In this document: positions 29,951-39,805 of the stretch, in pieces
Position numbering within the stretch: position 1 is the stretch's first letter
Layout: every line of letters starts with the position of its first letter
Source of the DNA: Gemmatimonadota bacterium
GTDB taxonomy: Bacteria; JAAXHH01
NCBI GenBank assembly: GCA_009835325.1
Contig: VXWP01000083.1
Coordinates: 46,735 to 110,734, forward strand
Direction of reading: 5' to 3'
Length of the DNA stretch: 64,000 nucleotides
Translations under genes and position numbers: made by a program
Notes under the pieces: generated by a model
Told to the model about the DNA's origin: nothing
The model's input: the letters and a program-made list of their open reading frames with translations, nothing else
Database searches by the model: none

Positions 29951-31639
29951 TCAAAGAAAATCCAGGTCGGCGCCCAGGTGGGCGGGCAGGACGTGATCGG
30001 CGTATAACCGGCGCCAGCCCCGTTCGGGCGTTGGGGGAGGGGCATGACCGGCCTTCCGCCGGGCCAAATCCTCCTCCGGCACGCACAGGTCAAGCCGCCG
30101 GCCTTCCACGTCGAGTTCAATCGGGTCGCCGTCCCGTACGAGCGCCAGCGGTCCGCCGACCGCGGCCTCGGGACAGCAGTGCAGCACGACCGTACCATAG
30201 GCCGTGCCGCTCATCCGTGCATCGGAGACGCGCACCATGTCCGTGACCCCCCTTCTGGCCAGGTAGGCCGGAATAGGCAGCGACCCGGCTTCGGGCATGC
30301 CCATGGCCACGGGACCGGCGTTTCTCAGGACGAGCACGTGATCGGGAGTCAGTCCCAGTTTCGGGTCGTCAATCCGCGCGGCCACGTCGTCGGGGGATTC
30401 GAATACGGCGGCCGGACCGCGGTGGCGCTGGCGGTCGAGCGCTGCGGCGGCCCGTTTTATCAGTGCGCCGTCGGGCGCCAGGCTGCCGCGCAGGACGACC
30501 AGGGCGCCGGGTGGACCGACGGGGTCTTCCAGGGTGCCGATGGTATCCTGCCAGGCGGCCGGCGGGGCCGTGTCTTCCAGGATCTCTCCCAGGGACACGC
30601 CGTTCACGTTCAAGGCATCGGGATCCAGCCTGGATTCCAGGGCCTTCCACAGTACGGGGAGGCCGCCCGCCTTGTGGAAGTCCTCCATGTATCCCGTGCC
30701 CACGGGCTTGCAGTTCACCAGCACGGGCGTGTTCCGCGCCGCCTCGTGGAGGTCTTCCAGCGTTAGGGAGACGCCGGCGCGGCGTGCAATGGCGATGAGG
30801 TGGATCACGGCGTTGGTGGACCCGCCCAGCGCCGCGAGTACGACCGACGCATTGTGGAACGAAGCCCGGGTGAGGAACTTGCACGGATCCTCCCCGCACC
30901 GGGCCAGGTCCACGATGCGCCGGCCCGTCGTCACCGCCTGGCGTAGCCGGTCGCCCGATCCGGAGAGCGGCGTGGCCCCGCCGGGGAGCATCAGGCCCAG
31001 CGTCGCCGTGAGGCAGGCCATGGTAGAGGCCGTTCCCATCACCATGCACGTTCCGCCCGTGGGACACAGGGACTGTTCGATCTCCCCGATTTCCTTCCGG
31101 TCGATCTCGCCCGCCCGGTGCCGGAGCCAGTACCGCCGGCAGTCCGTGCAGGCGCCGAGACGTTCGCCCTGCCAGCTTCCCGTGCGCATGGCGCCGGTCA
31201 CCAGCGAGATCGCCGGCAGGCCAGCCGAAACGGCGGCCATCAACTGGGCCGGCACGGTCTTGTCACAGCCCCCCAGCAGCACGACGCCGTCCATCGGTTG
31301 CGAACGGATCATTTCCTCCGTGCCCATGGCCATCAGGTTGCGAAAGAGCATGGAAGTGGGCGAAAGCAGCGTTTCGGCCAGCGAGATGGTGGGAAAGACC
31401 AGGGCGAGACCGCCGGCCTGGGCGATCCCGCGCCGGACGCCTTCCACGAGAGCCGGCATATCCCGGTGACACGTGTTGTAATCCGATGACGTGTCGGCGA
31501 TGCCGATGATCGGGCGGTTGAGGTCTTCGCCGTCATAACCCGCGGAAGACAGGAACGCCCGCCGTAAATAGCGGCTGAACTCCGTATCGCCGTACCGGGT
31601 CAGGTTCCGGTCGATGCCCTTTATGCCAGTATCTGCCAT
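29951..31639 (-). CDS. IlvD/EDD-family dehydratase (dihydroxy-acid or sugar-acid dehydratase)
   Basis: 563 aa with IlvD/EDD motifs (GIADTSSDYNTCHRDM ... LLGGCDKTVP ... SGTAYGTVVLHCCPEAAVGGPLA). Start at MADTGIKGI. Confidence 0.8.
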   Translation of the reverse strand: MADTGIKGIDRNLTRYGDTEFSRYLRRAFLSSAGYDGEDLNRPIIGIADTSSDYNTCHRDMPALVEGVRRGIAQAGGLALVFPTISLAETLLSPTSMLFRNLMAMGTEEMIRSQPMDGVVLLGGCDKTVPAQLMAAVSAGLPAISLVTGAMRTGSWQGERLGACTDCRRYWLRHRAGEIDRKEIGEIEQSLCPTGGTCMVMGTASTMACLTATLGLMLPGGATPLSGSGDRLRQAVTTGRRIVDLARCGEDPCKFLTRASFHNASVVLAALGGSTNAVIHLIAIARRAGVSLTLEDLHEAARNTPVLVNCKPVGTGYMEDFHKAGGLPVLWKALESRLDPDALNVNGVSLGEILEDTAPPAAWQDTIGTLEDPVGPPGALVVLRGSLAPDGALIKRAAAALDRQRHRGPAAVFESPDDVAARIDDPKLGLTPDHVLVLRNAGPVAMGMPEAGSLPIPAYLARRGVTDMVRVSDARMSGTAYGTVVLHCCPEAAVGGPLALVRDGDPIELDVEGRRLDLCVPEEDLARRKAGHAPPPTPERGWRRLYADHVLPAHLGADLDFL

Positions 31640-32349
31640 GGTTGATCCAGGTGACGCATCCGCTTCGGCGTCGCCGTCTTGCGCATCAGGTCCCAATTGA
31701 GTTCGCTGCGATCGCCAGGAAGCCTGCGCCGGAGAAAGGCGAGTTCGGTCTCCGTACGGCAGGACGAACAGGCCAGCATGTTCAGCATACGACGGCGGTT
31801 TCCGCCGCCAAGAGCATTGTGCAGGGTCATCTGGTTGAACACGACGACATCGCCGGGCTCGTTACGCGGGGCGACGCAGGGTACTTCCTCCATTCCTATG
31901 CCCCAGAGCGCATGGGTATCGAGATTGCCCTTCCATCCCTGCCGATGGGAACCCGCCACGAATCGGAGGGCGCCGGTCACAGGAGTCAGGGGATCGAGAT
32001 ACATCGCCCATTTGACCTGGACAACCGGGTCTCCGTGACAGTCCGGATGCCACATGCCGTCACCGACATACAACTCGCCGCCGCTGCCCAGATAGTTGTA
32101 GTCCTCCCCCAGAAGGCCCGACAGCAGTCCGTCGACACCGGGGTGGTCGAGCAACGTACAGAGTCGTTCGCTGCGTTCGATGAAGCGTCCCAGACTCGAC
32201 CGGGCGGTTCCGTCGTGCACGATCCCGGCCTCACGGAACACCCGTTCGAATTCCTCGATGATCCAGGGAACCTCCTCGCGCAGGAGGCCCGGCAGTACGA
32301 GATATCCGAAATCGTCGAAAAACCGCTTCTGTCCGTCGCTCAGCGTCAT
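31621..32349 (-). CDS. Phytanoyl-CoA dioxygenase (PhyH) family oxygenase, paralog 2
   Basis: PhyH-like sequence (DGQKRFFDDFGYLVLPGLL ... WHPDCHGDP). Start at MTLSDGQ. Overlaps the IlvD-like start by 19 nt. Confidence 0.55.
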   Translation of the reverse strand: MTLSDGQKRFFDDFGYLVLPGLLREEVPWIIEEFERVFREAGIVHDGTARSSLGRFIERSERLCTLLDHPGVDGLLSGLLGEDYNYLGSGGELYVGDGMWHPDCHGDPVVQVKWAMYLDPLTPVTGALRFVAGSHRQGWKGNLDTHALWGIGMEEVPCVAPRNEPGDVVVFNQMTLHNALGGGNRRRMLNMLACSSCRTETELAFLRRRLPGDRSELNWDLMRKTATPKRMRHLDQPWQILA

Positions 32350-32350
32350 A

Positions 32351-33916
32351 TCAAGGGTCTCCCGGTCGACCGGGGCGGTCCAGCTCGATAGCGAGCCGCC
32401 TGCCGAAGCATTCTTCAAAGAGTTGCACGCGGCTTCTCGCTTCCGACAATTCGACGGTGACGTCCCGGCCGTCCCGTGGAACAACCTTCATGCACACCTT
32501 CCTGCTGCCCGTCTCCAGCCTGACGTCCTCGACGATCTGCGACCGGCTCCGATCCAGGTATTCAGACAGCCTGAGCAGCGAGGACAGCCGGTACACCATG
32601 GTCCGGTCTTCCTTCTTCAAAAGGGTCTGGTACCGGGAGAAATCCGGCCTGCCGCGCCGGTGATTGAGGCAGAGCCAGGCGATTGTCACGATTTCCCGGT
32701 GGTCGAATCCGGGCAGGCCGGCGTTGAGGATGATATAGGCCGAATGCTTGTGATGATCATAGTAATCGATCACCGTGCCGATGTCGTGCAGCATGGCCGC
32801 GGCCCACAGGTACTCCCGTTCGCATTTACCGTAACCATGCACTTTCTGGAGCTGATCGTACATGGAGAGCGACAAACGGGCGACGTGGCCGGTGTGGGCG
32901 CCCTCGTAACCGTATAGCCGCGCCAGGTTAAGGATCGTGAACCGGCGCAACCGGCCGATGCTGTCCGGTCTCGACGACGGCTTGAACGCCTCTTCGAAGA
33001 ACAGCCCTTCGCGCCGGCCCTGGCCGCTCACGGTCAGTTTCCGCGCGCCGGTCTTCCGCATCACGGAGGCCACGATCATGGCGCCGGCCAGGATGATGTC
33101 CTCTCTTTCCTTCTGCAACCCGGGGATCCGCCGCGACCGCTCGGAGACGGGCATGGACGCGATGCGTTCGATCAGCTTTTCCACCCGTCGCCGTTTCAGT
33201 TCGTAACCGTGCACGAGCCCAAGGGGGTACTTGCGTTCCATCCGGTCGATGCGGACCAGGGCGCGGACGACGCCCCCTACGCCGGCGATCGGTACCGTTC
33301 CGCGGGCCTTGAGCCAGTCGATGTCCTCCAGCGCCTGGTCGATGTCCGCGTCGAGCCGCTTCGTCTGTCCGGTGGTAACCTCCGGTCCGGGAAAGTAGGT
33401 CTCGGTGGTCCTGACCGTACCGAAAGGCGTGGATGCCCCCTTCGAGAACGCGCCGTCCCGGATCAACCCGATTTCCGCGCAGCCGCCGCCGACGTCCAGG
33501 ATGATCCCGTCAAAGAGACCCAGGCTGTTGATCACGCCCACGGTGCTGTAGAACGCCTCCTCTTCGCCGCTGATCAGCCGGAAGTTCAACCCGGTGCCGC
33601 GGGCGATCTCCTCGAGGAAGCCGGCGCCGTTCCCGGCGTCCCGTACCGCCGCGGTAGCCACGGGCAGTATATGGTCTATATCCTGCGCGTCGCAGAATGA
33701 CTTGAACATGCGGACGGCGTCCAGCGCCCGGGATCGCGCCGCGGAGCGAAGCCGCCTGCCCCCGGCGATGCCTTCACCCAGGCGGACCCGCCTGCTGACT
33801 TCGTCGGTGATCTTGAAAACCCGGTCTTGCGTGAACTGGGCGATCATGAGCCGGGCCGTGTTGGAACCCAGATCGATTATGGCGACCCGTCGCTCGAGCG
33901 GCGCGAAGGAATACAA
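32351..33916 (-). CDS. ppx: Ppx/GppA exopolyphosphatase / guanosine pentaphosphate phosphohydrolase with C-terminal HD domain
   Basis: AIIDLGSNTARLMIAQ N-terminal actin-like fold motif and HD-domain histidines (MLHDIGTVIDYYDHHKHSAY). Confidence 0.8.
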   Translation of the reverse strand: MYSFAPLERRVAIIDLGSNTARLMIAQFTQDRVFKITDEVSRRVRLGEGIAGGRRLRSAARSRALDAVRMFKSFCDAQDIDHILPVATAAVRDAGNGAGFLEEIARGTGLNFRLISGEEEAFYSTVGVINSLGLFDGIILDVGGGCAEIGLIRDGAFSKGASTPFGTVRTTETYFPGPEVTTGQTKRLDADIDQALEDIDWLKARGTVPIAGVGGVVRALVRIDRMERKYPLGLVHGYELKRRRVEKLIERIASMPVSERSRRIPGLQKEREDIILAGAMIVASVMRKTGARKLTVSGQGRREGLFFEEAFKPSSRPDSIGRLRRFTILNLARLYGYEGAHTGHVARLSLSMYDQLQKVHGYGKCEREYLWAAAMLHDIGTVIDYYDHHKHSAYIILNAGLPGFDHREIVTIAWLCLNHRRGRPDFSRYQTLLKKEDRTMVYRLSSLLRLSEYLDRSRSQIVEDVRLETGSRKVCMKVVPRDGRDVTVELSEARSRVQLFEECFGRRLAIELDRPGRPGDP

Positions 33917-33923
33917 TGGGGCC

Positions 33924-34865
33924 TCATACGACGGAGCTCGCGAGGGGCCGTCCGGCGAGTCCCGCCTTCAGGTTCTCGACTGTCCTCCGAGCCATGGCGT
34001 CGCGTGTGCGCGTGGTCGCGCTGCCCAGATGCGGCGCGATCACCAGGTTGTCCAGTTTGAGCAGGGGGTGGTCCCGCGGCAGGGGCTCCGGTTCGGTGAC
34101 GTCCACCGCCGCCGCGGCGATCCAGCCGTTGCTCAGGGCATGGTGAAGGGCGTCATGATCCACGACGGCGCCCCGGGCCAGATTGATCAGGATGGCGGTC
34201 TTTTTCATGCGCCGCAGCGCGGATTCGTCGATCAGCCCCCGTGTCTCCTCCGTGAGCGGACAGTTCAGCGTCACGAAATCCGAGACCTCGAGCAGCGACT
34301 CCAGCGAGACGTACCGGGCCCCGTAAACGCGGTCATCCGGGTCCGGCTTCCGGTTGTGATAGACGATCTCCATGTCGAAACCGCTCGCCCGCCGGGCCAC
34401 CTGCTTCCCGATGCTGCCCATGCCGATGATGCCAATGGTGCTCCCATGTACTTCGTATCCGTGAAGAATGCTGGGGTCGTAATGCGTGAACCCGGGGCTG
34501 CGGGCGAACCGGTCGCCCACGACGACGCGCCGTGCCGCCGCCATCAGGAGCGTAAAGGTCATGTCCGCCGTGGCGCCATCGAGCATGTGGGGCGTGTTCC
34601 CCACGGGAATCCCGCGCTTGCGGGCCGCTTCCGTGTCGATATGGTCGACGCCTACCCCAAAATTGCTGATGACCTTCAGGTTCGGCATGCGGTCCATCAT
34701 CTCCCCGTCCGTGGGGGGATGGCCATAGGTGAGATAGGCATCGACGAGGCGCCACCGTTCGTCTCCGTCGGCCAGGTCGTCGAGCATATGGAAACGGTCT
34801 CCGGCATCGAAGAGTTCCATGACCGAGTCCGGCAGGGGTACGTCCAGCAGTATGTGAATGCCCAT
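33924..34865 (-). CDS. D-isomer-specific 2-hydroxyacid dehydrogenase (glyoxylate/hydroxypyruvate reductase-like)
   Basis: NAD-binding GIIGMGSIGKQVARR plus catalytic-domain motifs. Start at MGIHILLD. Confidence 0.75.
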   Translation of the reverse strand: MGIHILLDVPLPDSVMELFDAGDRFHMLDDLADGDERWRLVDAYLTYGHPPTDGEMMDRMPNLKVISNFGVGVDHIDTEAARKRGIPVGNTPHMLDGATADMTFTLLMAAARRVVVGDRFARSPGFTHYDPSILHGYEVHGSTIGIIGMGSIGKQVARRASGFDMEIVYHNRKPDPDDRVYGARYVSLESLLEVSDFVTLNCPLTEETRGLIDESALRRMKKTAILINLARGAVVDHDALHHALSNGWIAAAAVDVTEPEPLPRDHPLLKLDNLVIAPHLGSATTRTRDAMARRTVENLKAGLAGRPLASSVV

Positions 34866-34935
34866 GGAGGTTCCTGCCCACGCCAAACCGGAACACGATG
34901 GGCGTCCGGATCGGGCGGTATGGCTGACAATGTGG

Positions 34936-35892
34936 CTAGACGACGCCCGACTCGTCGATCGTGAGGTTGCAGGCATCCCCGTCGAGGGTGGCCCGCACGC
35001 CGAGGGGCAGCGTCGCCTTGTACGTGCCGTGACCGATGCCCAGACCGTAGATGACCGGAATCCCCAGTGGTTTCAGCCGGTCGATGAACACTTCCTCGAT
35101 ACTGAAACTGCCGTAGGGGAACGCGGGGTTGTGCGGCGCGCTGCCGCACCCGGCGCATTCGCCGATCACGATGCCGCTGACACGGCTCAGCCGGCCCGCC
35201 TGCAGCAGTTGCGTGAGCATCCGGTCTATCCGTTGGGGCTCTTCGCCCACGTCCTCGAAGAACAGAACGGCGCCGTCGTAATCGAATTCATAAGGCGTTC
35301 CCACAGCGGCCGCGAGCAACGAAAGCGTACCCCCGATCAGCGGTCCGCTGGCCCGGCCACCGTGTATGGCCTGCACCGGCGGCATGTCGTCGGGGTGCGG
35401 AATCTCACCGATGGGGTCGGTTCCCGCAACCGCCTTCACAAAGGCTTCCCGATTATACGGTTGAAAAACGGGGCTCATGTCGGATGAGACCATGGGGCCC
35501 CAGAAGGTGACCAGTCCGGTATGCCGTTGAATCGCCCCGTGGAGGGCCGTGATGTCGCTGTAGCCGACGAAGACCTTCGGATGGGCGCGGATGACGTCGT
35601 ATTCCAGGTCGGGTAGCATGCGGACGGACCCGTACCCCCCGCGAAGACATGCGATTCCCTTGATTTCCGGGTCGGCGAACATGGCCTGGAGGTCGGCCAG
35701 GCGGTCGGCGTCCCTGCCGGCCAGGAAACCGTGGCGATCCGAATGGTGCGTGGCGGTCACCGTGCGAAATCCGAGGGCTTCGATCGACCGGCGGCCGTTC
35801 TTCAGGGCACTCGGCTGGGCCGAGCGGCTTGCCGGTGCGACGATCCCGATGGTATCACCCGGTTTCAATGCCGGGGGTTTCAAAATATCCAT
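34936..35892 (-). CDS. ldcA: LD-carboxypeptidase (peptidase S66, LdcA-like)
   Basis: GDTIGIVAPAS ... GYSDITALH nucleophile motif is typical of S66. Start at MDILKPP. Confidence 0.75.
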   Translation of the reverse strand: MDILKPPALKPGDTIGIVAPASRSAQPSALKNGRRSIEALGFRTVTATHHSDRHGFLAGRDADRLADLQAMFADPEIKGIACLRGGYGSVRMLPDLEYDVIRAHPKVFVGYSDITALHGAIQRHTGLVTFWGPMVSSDMSPVFQPYNREAFVKAVAGTDPIGEIPHPDDMPPVQAIHGGRASGPLIGGTLSLLAAAVGTPYEFDYDGAVLFFEDVGEEPQRIDRMLTQLLQAGRLSRVSGIVIGECAGCGSAPHNPAFPYGSFSIEEVFIDRLKPLGIPVIYGLGIGHGTYKATLPLGVRATLDGDACNLTIDESGVV

Positions 35893-36089
35893 GCTAAATG
35901 AATATAGATTCGCGGGTATCGCCGTCAACTTCTTTGCCCGCCGGTTTACGGGCAGTCGAATTCTGTTGTCAACCCGGTATCCAGCCCTATTTTTGGAGCG
36001 GATAGTTTGAATAAACCGGGCTGTATCGTGTATACATTCCTGATGTGCGTACAGACCTGAAAACGCCGGGATTCCGGAGCCTTGATTCC

Positions 36090-36770
36090 ATGACGAAAAC
36101 GCGCTTTTCCCGCCGGTCGTTTATCGCCAGCACCGCTCAGGCGACCGGAGGCGTGATCACCCTGGGCGTGCTGTCCCGTACCGGCGCGCTGGACGCCCAG
36201 GAGGCGCCGCCCTACGAACACGAGTGGCAGCACCTGGACGCCCACCAGGGACGTACCGTCGACGCGCTGACCCGGATGATCATGCCGACTGACGACAATG
36301 GTCCGGGTGCTGCGGAAGCCCGGGTAGTCGTCTATATCGACCGGGCGCTGGGCGCTCACCGGACCGAATACAGGGAGACGTATGAATCGGGCCTGGCCGC
36401 CTTCGATCAGTACTGCCTGAATGCCCACGAAGCGCCTTTCCTGGACCTGGACGGCAGGACACAGCGTCGGGCGCTGATGGGCATGGACCGTCCGAGGTCT
36501 CCCGGGACCTGGCCGGAGGACGCCCCCATGGGCGCCCGGGACTTTCTGCGCATGGTGGTTACCCATACCATGGAGGGCATGTTCAGCGATCCTTCGTACG
36601 GCGGCAACTACCGCGAGACCGGCTGGAAGCTGATCCGGTTTCCGGGCCGGGCGCCGTTCGGCTACGATCCCCCCTTCAGCGAGTTCGACATGACCATTCC
36701 GGAAACCGAATATCCCGAATGGAAACCCTACGACGGTCCCATGAAGAGCCGGATCATCGGCGAGGAGTAG
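36090..36770 (+). CDS. Gluconate-2-dehydrogenase subunit-3-family small subunit with twin-arginine (Tat) signal
   Basis: MTKTRFSRRSFIASTAQATGGVITLGVL is a Tat signal, followed by a ~200 aa PF13618-like body. Immediately upstream of the GMC flavoprotein gene. Confidence 0.6.
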   Translation: MTKTRFSRRSFIASTAQATGGVITLGVLSRTGALDAQEAPPYEHEWQHLDAHQGRTVDALTRMIMPTDDNGPGAAEARVVVYIDRALGAHRTEYRETYESGLAAFDQYCLNAHEAPFLDLDGRTQRRALMGMDRPRSPGTWPEDAPMGARDFLRMVVTHTMEGMFSDPSYGGNYRETGWKLIRFPGRAPFGYDPPFSEFDMTIPETEYPEWKPYDGPMKSRIIGEE

Positions 36771-36783
36771 ATCCGAAGCCTCC

Positions 36784-38448
36784 ATGTCCCTACCCAATCC
36801 CAATATACGACGGCCGGACGTAATCATCATCGGCACCGGAGCCGCGGGCGCGGTCCTGGCGAAGGAGTTGAGCACGAAGGGACTGCGCGTGGTCGCCATG
36901 GAAATGGGGTCCTTCAGGAAGACCCGCCATTTCGACCAGGACGAGCTTCAGGCGATGCATCCCGCCAGCAACAATCCTGACCATCCCAACATCTACCGCC
37001 ACGACCAGCCCAATACGTACCGGCAGTCGTCGGACGCGCAGGCCACCGAAGACCACGGGATCCACATGCAGAGCACCGTCGGCGGCAGCACGCTCCACTA
37101 CACGGGCATTTCATGGCGGCTTCACGAGAACGATTTCAAAGAACGAAGCCTTTACGGCGACCTGGACGGCGCCGACGTGCAGGATTGGCCCATCGATTAC
37201 TGGGACCTGGAACACTACTACGAGAAAGCCGAGTACGAGATCGGTATTTCGGGCCTGGCCGGCGCCAATCCCTTCGATCCGCCGCGCCGCCGGCCCTATC
37301 CCATGCCCCCGGTGCCGCGGACCAGCTCGGGCGCCCTGGCCGACCTGGCCGCCCGGAAACTCGGCTGGCATTCCTACCCGGCGCCTCTGGCCATCAACTC
37401 CCGGGAATACGGCGGAAGATCGCCGGTCATGAACTGTGGTTTCTGCGAAAGCTACGTCTGTACCATCCAGGCGCGGTCCAGCATGCTGGTCACCATGATT
37501 CCGCAGGCGCTGCGAACGGGCAACTGCCAGATCCGGGCCGACGCCTGCGTGCGGGAGATCGTGGTCGACGAGGACGGCAGGGCGGAAGGGGTCGTCTACC
37601 TGGACAAGGACCTTCGCGAGCACCGATTGGAAGCCCGCGCGGTGATCGTGTGCTGCAACGGCGTCCATACCCCCCGCCTGCTGCTCATGTCGAAATCCAA
37701 TCTCTTTCCGGACGGCCTGGCCAACAGCAGCGGCAAGGTGGGCAAGCACCTGATGTTCAACTACTACCAGTCCGCCCGGGGGTTCTTCGATAAGGACCTG
37801 AACGAGTACAAGGGCGTCATGGATTCCCGGATCATACAGGATTTCTACGATCCGGACCCGGACAAGTACGGCTTCTTCGGCGGGGGCGTGGTCGAACCGC
37901 GGGGCGACGGCGAAACCATTTCCTTCGCCAACCTGAACATGCCGCGTCTGCGCAGGTGGGGCGCCCGTCGCAAGAAGTGGATCATGGACAACTACACCCG
38001 GTACATGGTCGCCCTCACCAGCATGCAGTCCATGTCCCAGGAATCCAATTCGATCGACCTCGATCCCGACGTCAAGGACAAGTGGGGCCTGCCCGTCCCG
38101 CGCGTGACCTACAACGTGCATCCCAATGAACATAAGCTCGGGGACTTCTTCCGCGAACGCGCCCGCGAACTGCTCGACGCCGCCGGCGCCCACGGGGTCG
38201 TGGCCTCGCCGAACTTCGTACCCCGCGGCGACGCCCATCTCATGGGTACCTGCCGCATGGGCAACGATCCGGCGACGTCGGTGGTCAACAAGTTCAACCA
38301 GGCCCACGACGTGGACAACCTGTTCATCGTGGACGGATCGTCTTTCGTCACCAGCGGCAAGAGCAATCCGACGCTGACGATACAGGCGCTGGCCTTCCGC
38401 TGCGCCGACTACATCGTCACCCAGATGGCAAGGCTCAATATCAGATAA
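36784..38448 (+). CDS. GMC-family FAD-dependent oxidoreductase (periplasmic sugar/glycoside dehydrogenase large subunit; no own signal peptide, likely Tat hitch-hiker)
   Basis: Rossmann motif DVIIIGTGAAGAVLAKEL, GMC C-terminal motifs (HLMGTCRMGNDPATSVVN). Length 554 aa. Confidence 0.8.
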   Translation: MSLPNPNIRRPDVIIIGTGAAGAVLAKELSTKGLRVVAMEMGSFRKTRHFDQDELQAMHPASNNPDHPNIYRHDQPNTYRQSSDAQATEDHGIHMQSTVGGSTLHYTGISWRLHENDFKERSLYGDLDGADVQDWPIDYWDLEHYYEKAEYEIGISGLAGANPFDPPRRRPYPMPPVPRTSSGALADLAARKLGWHSYPAPLAINSREYGGRSPVMNCGFCESYVCTIQARSSMLVTMIPQALRTGNCQIRADACVREIVVDEDGRAEGVVYLDKDLREHRLEARAVIVCCNGVHTPRLLLMSKSNLFPDGLANSSGKVGKHLMFNYYQSARGFFDKDLNEYKGVMDSRIIQDFYDPDPDKYGFFGGGVVEPRGDGETISFANLNMPRLRRWGARRKKWIMDNYTRYMVALTSMQSMSQESNSIDLDPDVKDKWGLPVPRVTYNVHPNEHKLGDFFRERARELLDAAGAHGVVASPNFVPRGDAHLMGTCRMGNDPATSVVNKFNQAHDVDNLFIVDGSSFVTSGKSNPTLTIQALAFRCADYIVTQMARLNIR

Positions 38449-38495
38449 CAGGCTCGCGCTTTAGAACGTGTTTTAATCACTTTAACTGTGGAGGC

Positions 38496-39773
38496 ATGAT
38501 CATGGGTTTCGGGAGTGTACTGAAGAACGGCTTTACGCGGCGACGGTTCATGAAGGGCGCCTTGCTGGGCGCCGGCGCCGTGGCCACCGGTTCAGCATGG
38601 GAAATCGCGCAGGCGATGGCGACCGGAAAGAAGGCCGGCGACGTCCGCGGATACGGCGTCGAGCCGGGTCGGGTCAATATCGGATCCAACGAGAATCCGC
38701 TCGGCGCGTCCCCGCGCGCTGTCGCGGCCATCGCCGAGAACCTGCACAAGATCAACCGGTACGATTTCGGGGTGGATCTGCCCGTCCGTCTCAACAAGCA
38801 GCACAACGTCCCGGGCGTCGAGGGTTTCGAACTGAGTTTTGAAGACATGCGGTCGTTCATGCGTTTCCGGGAGCTGAACCGGGTCATGGTCACGCCGGGT
38901 TCCGGTCCAATTCTTCAGGCACTTGCCGTCATCGCCGCGGGCAACGGCGGAGAGTGCATCGAGGCGGTCCCGGGATATGGATCGGTCGCCCGGGGCTTTC
39001 AGAGCTTTCAGATGATGGGAAAGGACGTCAGCGTCGTCCGCGTGCCGACCACGGGTGATTTCGTACACGACCTCGGCGCAATGAAAGCGGCCATCACCCC
39101 GACGACCTCCCTGATCGTCGTCACCAACCCCAACAATCCTACCGGAACGATCGTGCCTTACGATGAACTGGTGTCCCTGGTGGATGCGGCGCCCGAGCAG
39201 GCCATCGTGCTCATCGACGAAGCCTATATCCACTTCGTACGCGACCCGAACTACCAGGATGCAGTGAAACTCGCCCTGGAGCGCGACAACGTGGTGGTCG
39301 CCCGCACCTTCTCCAAGATCTACGGCCTGGCCGGCATGCGTATCGGTTACGCCGTCGGCGGCCAGCGCATGATGAATATGCTGATGGCGCACATGGGATT
39401 CTTCGGCGGCGGGCTGAGCACGCTGGGCATGCACGCGGCGCTCGCGGCCCTGGACGATGATGAATTCGTAGACCGCACGCTGACGGTCGTAAATGACGGT
39501 AAGGAGTACCTGTCCGCCGAGTTCGACCGTCTGGGTCTGGCGTACACGCCGAGCCACGGTAATTACATGATCGTGGACGTGGGGCGGGACAGCCGCCGGA
39601 TGTCCGGCGCACTGTTCAGGCGCGGCGTCATGGTTCGGAGCGGTTCTGGATACCGCACCCGTGAGGTCGATCTCCTTGGCAACCACCTGCGGGTGACCAT
39701 CGGCAAGCCCGATGAACTCGAGGTCTTCGTGAATGAACTCGAGAACATTCTGGGTGGCTCGAGTCAGGGTTAG
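38496..39773 (+). CDS. Class-II (HisC-like) PLP-dependent aminotransferase with a strong Tat signal peptide
   Basis: N-terminus FTRRRFMKGALLGAGAVATGSAWEIAQA (twin-arginine, h-region, AxA). HisC-like NIGSNENPLGASP. PLP lysine region FSKIYGLAGMRIGY. Confidence 0.75.
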   Translation: MIMGFGSVLKNGFTRRRFMKGALLGAGAVATGSAWEIAQAMATGKKAGDVRGYGVEPGRVNIGSNENPLGASPRAVAAIAENLHKINRYDFGVDLPVRLNKQHNVPGVEGFELSFEDMRSFMRFRELNRVMVTPGSGPILQALAVIAAGNGGECIEAVPGYGSVARGFQSFQMMGKDVSVVRVPTTGDFVHDLGAMKAAITPTTSLIVVTNPNNPTGTIVPYDELVSLVDAAPEQAIVLIDEAYIHFVRDPNYQDAVKLALERDNVVVARTFSKIYGLAGMRIGYAVGGQRMMNMLMAHMGFFGGGLSTLGMHAALAALDDDEFVDRTLTVVNDGKEYLSAEFDRLGLAYTPSHGNYMIVDVGRDSRRMSGALFRRGVMVRSGSGYRTREVDLLGNHLRVTIGKPDELEVFVNELENILGGSSQG

Positions 39774-39805
39774 ATTGACGATCGGTATCGAAGCAATCAG
39801 GACCA

